Origin: an uncultured Nitrososphaerales archaeon
GTDB lineage: Archaea; Thermoproteota; Nitrososphaeria; Nitrososphaerales; Nitrososphaeraceae
Direction: 5' to 3'
Assembly: GCA_963709405.1 (NCBI GenBank)
Contig: CAVPXM010000055.1
Location: 128,001-192,000 of the forward strand
DNA length: 64,000 bases
The stretch's first letter is position 1. Each line of letters starts with the position of its first letter. The notes beneath the pieces were generated by a model. That model was not told where the DNA came from. It saw nothing but the letters and a program-made list of their open reading frames with translations, and ran no database searches. The position numbers were made by a program, and so were the translations under genes. Shown here in pieces: positions 22,266 to 31,760 of this stretch.

Positions 22266-23253
22266 AAACCTATCCGAAAACTAGTTGAGTTTTATTGGGT
22301 TATAAGCAAACTGCATTTAATCAATAAAGCTAAGCTGTACTGCACTTTCTTCTGAGTTGTATTGATATCAGGTGCTACTGGAGTTGATTCATCGTACTCC
22401 ATACCTGATATTGTATGGGACAGACAGAATCATTGCATTGCGCTGCTACCGTCACCATCATCAATACATTGGAATAGAAAAAAGACTGGTCGTCCAAGAA
22501 TGAATGACAGGACGGCCATGAATGCTATTTTCTACGTCTTAAGAACTGGATGTCAATGGAAGGCTCTACCAAGAAGTCTTGGTGCTTCAAGTACAGTACA
22601 TGATAGATAGATTCCAAGAGTGGAGGAAAGAAGGTGTATTCAAACGCATGTGGATCGATGGATTGTCAGTATATGATTAAAATAATAGAATAGATTGGAA
22701 ATGGCAGGCTATGGATGGATGGTGTTATTACAAAAGCACCTCTTGGGGGAAAAAGTACAGGACCAAATCCCTACACACAGACAGACAGAAGTAAATCAGG
22801 TACAAAGCGTAGTATATTGGTGGTAGATGGTAAAGGAGTTCCTATTGGTGTATCCGTAGATGGTGCTAACAGACAGACATGATATGAAAATGAGTAAAAC
22901 AACACTTCAGAGTATAGTAGTAATCTATAGACCTGAACCAACAATCAGATCAAAGCAGCACATGTGCCTTGACAAGGGTTATGACTTTCCTGAAGTATAC
23001 GAATTACTAGAAGAAGAGTATGGTTATACAATTCACATCCGATTAAGAGGAGAAGAAAGTAGCAACATAAAAAGAGAAAAATTACCTAAATATAGAGCTA
23101 GACGATGGGTCGTTGAAAGGACTCATTCTTGGATGAACCGGTTTAGACGCTTGTTAATTAGATGGGAGAAAAAGGTAGAGAACCATACTGCGAAGTTACA
23201 TTTTGCTTGTGCTTGGATCACTTACAGAAAAGCAGGAATTTTCGGATAGGTTC
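22266..23253 (+). mobile_element. IS5-family insertion sequence (IS427/IS1031-like), decayed
   Basis: Terminal inverted repeats AAACCTATCCGAAAA (22266-22280) and TTTTCGGATAGGTTC (23239-23253), TTA on both sides, transposase remnants inside. Confidence 0.9.
22362..23249 (+). pseudogene. IS5-family DDE transposase pseudogene
   Basis: GRPR..DR...AIFYVLRTGCQWKALP, LDKGYD, RWVVERTHSW; internal stops (22608 TAG, 22678 TAA) and frameshifts. Confidence 0.9.
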
Positions 23254-23557
23254 TTAGTCAAATTACAACGGTTCACCCTCCATATCTAACATTACTTCTT
23301 TCATGATGTTTCAATCCAGTATTAGTCAAATTATAACATTTTCTCGCATCTCATAGAGTTTAATGTTACTAATTGCGAATCCGGGAGCAACTAAGTTTCA
23401 ATCCTATATTAGTCAAATTACAACCATCAAGGCGAGATGTGTGAACACCGCCTAGTCATTGTTTCAATCCTATATTAGTCAAATTACGACACAACAACAT
23501 ACACACCTACAATCTCAGATGAAGAGTGTTTCAAATCTATATTAGTCAAATTACAAG
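23254..23557 (-). CRISPR. Orphan CRISPR mini-array; repeat GTTGTAATTTGACTAATATAGGATTGAAAC (minus strand)
   Basis: Plus-strand GTTTCAATCCTATATTAGTCAAATTACAAC at 23308-23337, 23395-23424, 23461-23490, 23528-23557, plus a half repeat at 23254-23269; unique spacers of 38, 57, 36 and 37 nt; ATTGAAAC 3' end. Confidence 0.9.
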
Positions 23558-23581
23558 CTCAACTACTTTTCGGATAGGTTC
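23558..23581 (-). mobile_element. Inverted 24-bp copy of the IS left end (solo end)
   Basis: CTCAACTACTTTTCGGATAGGTTC is the reverse complement of 22266-22289 (AAACCTATCCGAAAACTAGTTGAG) with 2 mismatches; followed by TTA. Confidence 0.85.
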
Positions 23582-23986
23582 TTAATGGGCTCGTCTGCTA
23601 TCCTCACACAATTCTACTAAAACCCCGTTCATCGATTTAGGGTGAAAAAATGTGATTCTTCTATCATAAGAGCCCTTTCGGACATCTCCCAACATCCTAA
23701 TCCCATTGCTGCATGCCCTGGAAACGTCCTCCTGTATATTATCGGCAGTAATTGCGAGGTGATGGAGTCCCTCTCCATTTCGGTCAAGGAATTTATTGAT
23801 GGGACTATCTTTAGCAGTAGGTTCCATCAATTCTATTCTAGTATCTTCCAAATTCAGTATAGCAACTTTTACCTTCTCGTTCGGAACATCTTCTATGTGT
23901 ATCTGATTTATTCTAAACAACTTTTCATAGTTCTTCAAAGCTAGCTCTATATTATTAACTGCTATGGCAACATGATCAATCCTCAT
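23582..23986 (-). CDS. mce: Methylmalonyl-CoA epimerase
   Basis: IDHVAIAV, IELMEP, GLHHLA, FFHPKS..GVLVEL; adjacent to mcm. Confidence 0.92.
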   Translation of the reverse strand: MRIDHVAIAVNNIELALKNYEKLFRINQIHIEDVPNEKVKVAILNLEDTRIELMEPTAKDSPINKFLDRNGEGLHHLAITADNIQEDVSRACSNGIRMLGDVRKGSYDRRITFFHPKSMNGVLVELCEDSRRAH

Positions 23987-24125
23987 GGTTTAGTATTAGA
24001 TTGGCTCTACTTATTATTATTAACTTACTTTGAACGATTTCGGCTCTTATCGGTCACATAGGTGTCTAAAGATATTCTAATTTACCAATGAAGCGTATAT
24101 AAGTTGCTATATCGAAACTAAATAA

Positions 24126-24224
24126 ATGAAACAACCAACTCGCCGGACCTTTGCTTTCAGCTCTAAACGCAGTGGAAGCAAGAAGATTGCCAAGGCTGAC
24201 AGACGACTTCGAAATAAGCCCTAG
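24126..24224 (+). CDS. 32-aa highly basic micro-protein (not in ORF track)
   Basis: MKQPTRRTFAFSSKRSGSKKIAKADRRLRNKP*; TATATAA about 25 nt upstream. Confidence 0.5.
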   Translation: MKQPTRRTFAFSSKRSGSKKIAKADRRLRNKP

Positions 24225-24343
24225 CCAGCCTTGGTCATTTCATACTACTGCTTTTTCTCATGACATCTCTACTTTTGTTTATTGATTCGATCATTTTGAA
24301 AGTATATGCTGATCGATTGATCTAAACGAGCTCCCAGAAAATC

Positions 24344-25942
24344 CTAAAATGATATCCTAGGCTGGTATGAACCGAATACCTGCTTGAACGAATTGTTTAT
24401 CTCTCCTAAGGTTACGTGATATTTGATGGCGTTCACAATGTGCGGCATTACATTATCCTGCCCTTCAGCGACAGTTGTGAGTTTATTCAAGGCTGCATTG
24501 ACTTTTGATCTATCACGCGAGTTCTTGAACTCTTTTAATCGCGTAACCTGTCTACCTTCAATGGTTGAATCTACGAGGTTTAGGTTGGGTTCAACGCTTG
24601 ACGAGTCCTGAAATTTGTTCACTCCTACAATTATACGCTCATGCTTATCGATCTCTTGCTTCAGTTGGTATGCATTGGTTCGAATTTCATCTTGAAAGAA
24701 CCCCTTCTCGACCGCAGCCAATGCTCCCCCCATCCTTTCAATTCTTTTCAGGTACTTCTCTACTCGGTCTTCAATTTCAGAAGTGAGGTTTTCCACAAAA
24801 TATGAACCTCCTATAGGATCTACAGTCTTGGTAACACCTGTTTCAGCTGCTATTATTTGTTGAGTTCTTAGTGCTATCTTGACGGCATCCTCAGTAGGGA
24901 GAGCCAAAGCTTCATCCTTAGAATTTGTATGAAGAGATTGACAACCTCCGAGTATTGCGGCCATAGCTTGAGTGGCAACTCTAATGATGTTATTATCAAC
25001 CTGCTGCGCAGTCAGAGATTCTCCGCTAGTCTGTACGTGAAACCTTAAGTGTAGAGACTTTTCATCCTCCGCATGAAATCGCTCCTTCATTATCCTGGAA
25101 TATATTCGTCTCGCCGCTCTGAATTTGGCAATTTCTTCAAAGAATTCCATCGTGCAGCAAAAGAAAAACGAGAGCCTAGGGGCAAATTGATCAACTTTCA
25201 ATCCCCTCTCAATGCAGGTATCAATGTATTCGATCGCGTTAGCAAATGTAAATGCTAGTTCTTGTACCGCATTTGCACCAGCTTCTCTCATGTGGTACCC
25301 GGAAATGCTAATTGGATACCAAAGTGGGACATGTTGAGAGCAATACTGTATCATGTCCCCAATTAATCTAATCGATGGCTTGGGCGGATATACATAGGTG
25401 TTTCTCGCGATGTATTCTTTGAGGATATCATTTTGTGTTGTTCCTCTCAATTGGCCAGGAGAAACGCCTTGAGATTCCCCAACGACTAAATATAATGAGA
25501 GCAGAGTAGATGCCGTAGAATTTATCGTCATTGAGGTACTTACCTTTTCTAGAGGTATAGAGTCAAAACAGGTCATCATATCATTAATTGAGCTTATGGC
25601 TACGCCCGTTCGACCAACCTCTCCCTCGGCAACAGTATCATCCGAATCGCGACCAGTCTGTGTTGGGAGATCAAATGCTAAGGAGAGTCCAGTTTGGCCA
25701 TGATCTAACAAAAATTTGAATCTTTCATTTGTTTCCTCCGCACTACCAAAGCCACTATACTGACGCATCGTCCAGAGTCTTTCCCTATACATCTTGGGGT
25801 AAATCCCTCTAGCAAAATACAACACTCCAGGCTCATCATCCTCGATTTTGTCGGCAGGCAGATCTCCTTTCTTGTATACTTCCTTAACAGGTATTCCTGA
25901 ATCAGTCTTAACTTTACTTGTTTTCATATAGTTTTCCATCAC
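24344..25942 (-). CDS. mcmA1: Methylmalonyl-CoA mutase large subunit
   Basis: WTMRQYSGFG, GLSLAFDLPT, QNDILKEY, QSLHTN. Confidence 0.95.
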   Translation of the reverse strand: MMENYMKTSKVKTDSGIPVKEVYKKGDLPADKIEDDEPGVLYFARGIYPKMYRERLWTMRQYSGFGSAEETNERFKFLLDHGQTGLSLAFDLPTQTGRDSDDTVAEGEVGRTGVAISSINDMMTCFDSIPLEKVSTSMTINSTASTLLSLYLVVGESQGVSPGQLRGTTQNDILKEYIARNTYVYPPKPSIRLIGDMIQYCSQHVPLWYPISISGYHMREAGANAVQELAFTFANAIEYIDTCIERGLKVDQFAPRLSFFFCCTMEFFEEIAKFRAARRIYSRIMKERFHAEDEKSLHLRFHVQTSGESLTAQQVDNNIIRVATQAMAAILGGCQSLHTNSKDEALALPTEDAVKIALRTQQIIAAETGVTKTVDPIGGSYFVENLTSEIEDRVEKYLKRIERMGGALAAVEKGFFQDEIRTNAYQLKQEIDKHERIIVGVNKFQDSSSVEPNLNLVDSTIEGRQVTRLKEFKNSRDRSKVNAALNKLTTVAEGQDNVMPHIVNAIKYHVTLGEINNSFKQVFGSYQPRISF

Positions 25943-26862
25943 CCTAGTAGATTATCTGCTAATAGTTCAGCAGCACGGTATGGATCGATCCTTTTGTGAA
26001 CAAGCTCGTCAACCAGACGATTATACATATCATTTTTGCTCGTTAACATCATATGAAATTTCTGAGTGAGTATATCTATGGCCATTTCTTTAAGTTCAGA
26101 CTCCAGCATTATCTTTTCTTTTGCTTTGTAATTAATATTTTTTGAGTTTAGTAGATTTGAAATTGTAAGAGCAAGGTCTTTAATTCCCTTTCCCGATCTG
26201 ACCGAAGTCTTTGTGATTATGGGCTTCCTGTCAATGTTACCAACTAAATCTAAGATAGAATTGAATAGAGTCATAGATCCTTCGAGATCTGCTTTATTTA
26301 TAACGTACAAGTCTCCAATTTCGTTAAGTCCGGCTTTTACAGCTTGAATTTTGTCACCTGTCTGAGGACTCAAAACTACGACTGTTAGATTGACTACATT
26401 GGCTATGTCAACTTCTAATTGCCCAGCACCTACACTTTCTACTAAGATTAAACCATATCCTGCCGCATCCAAGACTCTTATAACGTTTCTCAGTGACTTT
26501 GAGATTCCTCCCGAAGCCCCCCGCGATGCCAAACTCCTCATGAAAACGCTGTCATCATCAGATATCCCTTGCATCCTAACCCTGTCCCCTAAGATAGCTC
26601 CACCAGTCACCGGACTAGACGGATCAACAGCTAGTACCGCAGTCTTGTGACCTAATTGCTGAAAATATGATATCAATTTTCCTATCAGTGAACTCTTTCC
26701 TGCCCCTGGAGCGCCGGTAAATCCCACAGTCTTTGCTCCTCCTGTCATACTAAAAATTTCCTTGATCAATTCGTGCGATTCTGGTTCATTATTGTCTATA
26801 ATCGTTATGGCCTTAGCCAATGACCGTCGATCCGAATTAATAACCCCTTCTACCAAAGACAA
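25939..26862 (-). CDS. meaB: Methylmalonyl-CoA mutase-associated GTPase MeaB/ArgK
   Basis: GAPGAGKSS, VDPSSP..GGAILGDRVRM, NKAD; start chosen at TTG 26862. Confidence 0.92.
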   Translation of the reverse strand: MSLVEGVINSDRRSLAKAITIIDNNEPESHELIKEIFSMTGGAKTVGFTGAPGAGKSSLIGKLISYFQQLGHKTAVLAVDPSSPVTGGAILGDRVRMQGISDDDSVFMRSLASRGASGGISKSLRNVIRVLDAAGYGLILVESVGAGQLEVDIANVVNLTVVVLSPQTGDKIQAVKAGLNEIGDLYVINKADLEGSMTLFNSILDLVGNIDRKPIITKTSVRSGKGIKDLALTISNLLNSKNINYKAKEKIMLESELKEMAIDILTQKFHMMLTSKNDMYNRLVDELVHKRIDPYRAAELLADNLLG

Positions 26863-26992
26863 TATAGTTAATCCATCAATGAAGATTCTAAATACCTTTT
26901 TGCTATAACAATCGAGAGGAATGTACAAAAGAATTGAAGTCTGAAAAACAGCATGTTTAAACCTAATATATCTAGTATAACTAGTTCTTACG

Positions 26993-27418
26993 ATGCTATC
27001 AGGACAACAGAGACAAAAGCCCATCAGAGTGCTTGTATCAAAGCTTGGACTGGACGGCCATGATAGAGGAGCACTTGTTATTTGTAGAGCACTTAGAGAT
27101 GCTGGTATGGAAGTCATCTATTCAGGCTTATTTTGCACACCTAGCCAAGTGACAAAAATTGCAGTTGAAGAAGACGTTGATGCCATAGCAATGAGTTTGC
27201 TGAATGGGGCCCATTTAGTACTATTCTCGAAAGTGGCTCGTCTTCTCAAAGAAAGAGGTGTTAATGATGTACTGGTAGTGGGCGGAGGTATCATTCCCGA
27301 GAAGGATAAGAAATTGCTCGAGATGGAAGGAGTAATGGGGAATTTTGGTCCTGGGACCCCACTATCGGACATTATCAGCTACATATCAGATAATGTCGTA
27401 AGACGCAAGATTCGATAA
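26993..27418 (+). CDS. mcmA2: Methylmalonyl-CoA mutase small (cobalamin-binding) subunit
   Basis: KLGLDGHDRG, GGGII, FGPGT. Confidence 0.93.
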   Translation: MLSGQQRQKPIRVLVSKLGLDGHDRGALVICRALRDAGMEVIYSGLFCTPSQVTKIAVEEDVDAIAMSLLNGAHLVLFSKVARLLKERGVNDVLVVGGGIIPEKDKKLLEMEGVMGNFGPGTPLSDIISYISDNVVRRKIR

Positions 27419-27661
27419 GATAAGAACGGGTTAGTTAGTGTACATATTAATTGGCTTTCGATAACTCGATTAACTGGCACTAATCCAGGAATAATCTTAG
27501 AGAATATTTGTGAGGCCTCGCGAAATCGCAGCGCGATAAAATAAAGGTAGGTTGGTTCGTTTAGGGCGTGGCCCAGCATTGAGAAATTTCATTGCAATTG
27601 CCACCGGTTTATGATATTCAAAAAAACCGGGGATATAGGATTGACTTGAATGTCCAGTTTG

Positions 27662-28210
27662 TTACCTTACATTTGGGTATCTTTTTATTCTAACTGGATA
27701 TTCTACCTTACTGAGTATCTGTATCCGCCTTATGCCATCCACTTTCTCAATTAGTAACGCAACGCTAGAAGGAACTAACTGATTCCATGGCCTCTCGCGC
27801 GCAATTAGGTTCCTAATATTCGTACCGTTGTAGGCTCGCTTTTTCACGAATGTCGGAGACTGAACTTGAACTTGAGTCCCAACTAAATATTTTACGAATT
27901 CATTCCCGGAATACAAAACATGAAATTCAGGAACTAGAGATCGGAGATGTGCATACCACGTTGAATTATTTTCATCATTGATGACTGGAATGATGTAGCA
28001 TCGTTCAACGGGAATGCTTGACTGCAAAAGAGCGCTATGAATCATCAATATCCTCTCGCCCGCAGTGAATGGGTCGGTATACAGGTAATTGAATTGCGCG
28101 CTGCCCACAACTATTATTAGCTCTTGACAATCCTTGAAAACAGAATCCACGAGGTAGAGATGACCTTTATGAAACGGTTGAAATCTTCCCACTATTAATC
28201 CTCGTTTCAA
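27662..28210 (-). CDS. nadM: Nicotinamide-nucleotide adenylyltransferase
   Basis: GRFQPFHKGH, PFTAGER. Confidence 0.9.
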   Translation of the reverse strand: MKRGLIVGRFQPFHKGHLYLVDSVFKDCQELIIVVGSAQFNYLYTDPFTAGERILMIHSALLQSSIPVERCYIIPVINDENNSTWYAHLRSLVPEFHVLYSGNEFVKYLVGTQVQVQSPTFVKKRAYNGTNIRNLIARERPWNQLVPSSVALLIEKVDGIRRIQILSKVEYPVRIKRYPNVR

Positions 28211-29887
28211 TCCTTCCCAAGATCACCTAAAGTGTCAATTTTTAGTCTATCGATTGTTTCTTTTTCAATTTTTTTGAACAGAGGTACTACGTTTCCTATG
28301 TTGTGGGCCGGTTCTATTGTCATTTCTGCAGATGAAGACCATCTTTGTTGGTGGACGCTACCTCCAATATTCAATTGCGCCCAAATTTTATCTGATGAAA
28401 TTGGAATGAATGGTGCCAAAACAATTGCAAGAGTCCTAACGGCGTTTATAGAAATATACAAGGTTGTACCTGAAGAAGAGCTACTACTCCAAGGCTCGCT
28501 TACCCTGAAAATACTGGTTCAAACATGAACTGAATAACAAGATCTCTTTAATTGCTCTATTCATCTGGTTCGCGCTAATAAGAGTCCCTACTTCTGCACC
28601 TATATTTTTGATCCTTGTAATGGTTTCTATATCGGAAGTTTCTAGGCTTGAAAATTGAGGCACCGATTTTGCGAATGTATTTTTAATGAATGAAAGAGTT
28701 CTGTTTATGAAATTACCTACATTTGCGATAAGTTCGTTATTAATCTTTTCATAAAACACATCCCAATCAAAATTTACGTCATCTTGCGAGTATGGAGTTA
28801 TAGATGCAAGATAAAATCTAAGGTAATCCGGATCAAAATTCTCAGTGAAGTCGTTAATACTGATATACCAGTTCCTACTTTTGGAAATCTTTTTATTTTT
28901 TAGCATTAGATGTCCTCTTGTCGGTAAATAATCAGGCAGCTTGTATTCTTCGTTAATTCCTAGCCGAATTGCTGGAAGAAAGAGGTAGTGATGATAAACT
29001 ATATCCTTCCCAATAAAATGATATATCGTCGATTCATTCCAAAGCTTCTTTCCATCTCTATGTGACTCCCTAGCAAGTGCCAATAGTGAAGAAATGTAAC
29101 AAATATGATTATCAAACCAGCCATAAAAAACTTTACCATTGGCATCATTAGTTGGTATCGGGATCCCCCATTCAATGTCTCGAGTAATATCCCAATCGAC
29201 CAGCCCATGATCTATCCAATTAAGAACGTACTTTATTACATCATGTTGTAAGTTGGCATTAAGAGTCAACCATGATCTCAGCTTATCAGAGAATTCTGAT
29301 AGTCTAAAGAAATAATGATTGCTAATTTTCTTTATTGGAGCAGCTCCGCAAATTCCACATCTAGGGTCAAGAATTTCTTCCGGAACCTTCCCACAATTTT
29401 CGCAGAGATCGGAATATTGGCCTTCTGCACCACAATTTGGACATTTTCCAACCACAAATCTGTCAGGCAAGAATTTATTATCAACTGGACAAAAGGGTTG
29501 AATGACCTCTTTTTCATAAATATGTCCGTTTTCCAATAATTTATTAAAAATGCTCTGCACCAGTGACTTATTATCTGGCGAACTTGTCTTTGAGAATAAA
29601 TCAAAAGTTATACCGAGAGAATGAAAATCATTAACATCACGCTTGTTCCAGTACTCGACATATTCACTAGGTGATTTTTTTTCCTTTTCAGATCTTATAA
29701 GAATTGGAGTGCCATAGTCGTCAGACGCACATATATGAAATGTCGTCAAACCTGCAAGACGACTATATCTGGTAAAAATATCCGCTGGGAGGTAGGTAGA
29801 GGCAATATGACCCAAATGGATCTGTCCATTTGCGTACGGAAGGGCGCTTGTAACAATGATACTCTTTGAGTGAGTTTGATTTGGCAT
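28207..29887 (-). CDS. metG: Methionine--tRNA ligase (frameshift near 28497)
   Basis: ALPYANG..HLGH, Zn knuckles, GKDI, KISKS; C-terminal LAPFIP in the next ORF. Confidence 0.92.
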
Positions 29888-29994
29888 TCCTTGAGCTACT
29901 ATAATAATAAAACGTCATAATTTATCTTTATTATCGAGTATTGATGATCGTTCTCCTTGTCACCGGCTTGAGCTACGAGATGATTTTACAAAAG

Positions 29995-31260
29995 TCATTC
30001 AAGTCGTTTATTAACACAAGTCTTGATCACAATGAAATCCCTGTGTAACGCCTGCTGCATGTTAGTCAATTTATCAATCTCTATGTTCATAGCTTTGAGG
30101 GCGTACTGAGCAACTAATTGATCTATTTCTTTAGGAACACAATGTATGCCAGGCTCCATAGCCTCGTAATTTCTAGCTATATGATTAATTGACAATAGCT
30201 GATTAGCAAAAGACAAGGCCATAATTTCAGGCGGACTTCCCTCTGATCCCACAAGATTCAAAACCCTCCCACCAGATACCAAGTAAACGATCTTACCATC
30301 GAAATGAAATTGTTCAACGTATGGTCTTACTTTTACTGGAGATCGATCTCTCGAAAATAGGTATCCGACATCGATCTCTACGTCAAAATGGCCTGCATTT
30401 GCAAGTACGACGCCATTTTTCATTTTTAAAAAGCTGTTTGTACCAATAACATGTTTCTGGCCTGTACAAGTTATAACAAAGTCCGCCTTGTCTACAGATG
30501 CGGAAAGCTTCGTTACATAAAAGCCATCCATGGATGCTTCTAATGCTCTTATAGGATCAACTTCGGTTATGCTAACAATCGCCCCCATACCCCTAGCCCT
30601 TGAGGCAATACCCTTTCCGACCCAGCCATAACCGCAAACTAGAATATGTTTACCCGCAAGGAATAATCCAGTTGCTCTCAAGAGACCGTCTATTGCACTT
30701 TGTCCTGTGCCGTATCTATTATCGAACAAATGTTTTGTGCTTGCGTTATTTACGGCAATTACTGGATATGTAAGCTCTTTTTTTGAATGAAGGATATTTA
30801 GTCTTGATACTCCAGAAGTAGTCTCTTCTGTTCCGCCCATAATAGGAGTTGGTCCTAATTGATGGATTGTATGATGCAAATCTCCCCCGTCATCTACCAC
30901 TATATCTGGATGAAATCGTACTATTTCCCTAATACATTCATGGTACTCCCTATTTGACTCTCCTTGCCATGCATAAGTCAATATTTTTTGAGAAGAAAGA
31001 AAAGCAGCAATATCGTCTTGGACAGACAATGGGTTAGCAGAGCATATCGCGACTTCAGCACCCAACTTTTGCGCGCACATAACCAGTACTGATGTCTCCT
31101 TTGTAATATGTAAACACAAGCCCAGCTTTATTCCCAATAGTGGCCTAGATTTTCGACTTTTCTTTGATATGTAATCGAATATTGTCATATGAGCACGTGC
31201 CCATTCATACGACCTTTTTCCTAATGGTGCTAGCTTCGTATCAGCGATTTTTCCCAACAT
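29995..31260 (-). CDS. ahcY: Adenosylhomocysteinase (copy 1)
   Basis: HITKET, DDGGD, EETTSG, KHLFDNRYGTGQS, GHFD. Confidence 0.9.
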   Translation of the reverse strand: MLGKIADTKLAPLGKRSYEWARAHMTIFDYISKKSRKSRPLLGIKLGLCLHITKETSVLVMCAQKLGAEVAICSANPLSVQDDIAAFLSSQKILTYAWQGESNREYHECIREIVRFHPDIVVDDGGDLHHTIHQLGPTPIMGGTEETTSGVSRLNILHSKKELTYPVIAVNNASTKHLFDNRYGTGQSAIDGLLRATGLFLAGKHILVCGYGWVGKGIASRARGMGAIVSITEVDPIRALEASMDGFYVTKLSASVDKADFVITCTGQKHVIGTNSFLKMKNGVVLANAGHFDVEIDVGYLFSRDRSPVKVRPYVEQFHFDGKIVYLVSGGRVLNLVGSEGSPPEIMALSFANQLLSINHIARNYEAMEPGIHCVPKEIDQLVAQYALKAMNIEIDKLTNMQQALHRDFIVIKTCVNKRLE

Positions 31261-31402
31261 CCTTAATATTCTAGGCAGAATGCTGACTATAAAACCGCTC
31301 TACGAGCCGTCGCGGTAATTTGAAACAAGAATCTAAGACATTAATTAAATTCTCATAACAATTTATAGCCCTTATATATCATCAGAAGTGTAGTTCTGAA
31401 AA

Positions 31403-31708
31403 ATGACATTGACACGCATAGCTGGGGTAAAAGAGATTTCAAATGGTTGTGGTAAAGAAGTTAATATAAAAGGCAATAGGATAGCAGTATTCTGTGCTAA
31501 CTATAATTATTATGCGATTGAAGCTCTATGTCGTCATCAAGACGGATCTTTAGCGCCTGGAAGGGTTGATGGTGAGGTCGTAGAGTGTCCGCTTCATTCG
31601 TGGCATTATAACATAAGGACTGGAGAATTGCTAGATTTCCTACAGGACGTGAAATTAAATACGTATAAAGTCGAGGTTAAAGGTGAAGACATTTATATTG
31701 ACATCTAA
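31403..31708 (+). CDS. Rieske [2Fe-2S] ferredoxin
   Basis: CRH...CPLH. Confidence 0.9.
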   Translation: MTLTRIAGVKEISNGCGKEVNIKGNRIAVFCANYNYYAIEALCRHQDGSLAPGRVDGEVVECPLHSWHYNIRTGELLDFLQDVKLNTYKVEVKGEDIYIDI

Positions 31709-31760
31709 ACGGACAACAACCTGGCCTATTTAGTAAGTCATTTGATGGGAGATATTATTT

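Noticed and set aside
22266-23581. CAST or TnpB/IscB RNA-guided transposon
   Set aside because: There are no Tn7-like, cas or tnpB/iscB genes; the only enzyme is a dead IS5 DDE transposase.
26863-27117. N-terminal extension of meaB overlapping mcmA2
   Set aside because: Antisense shadow of mcmA2; MeaB similarity begins near TTG 26862.
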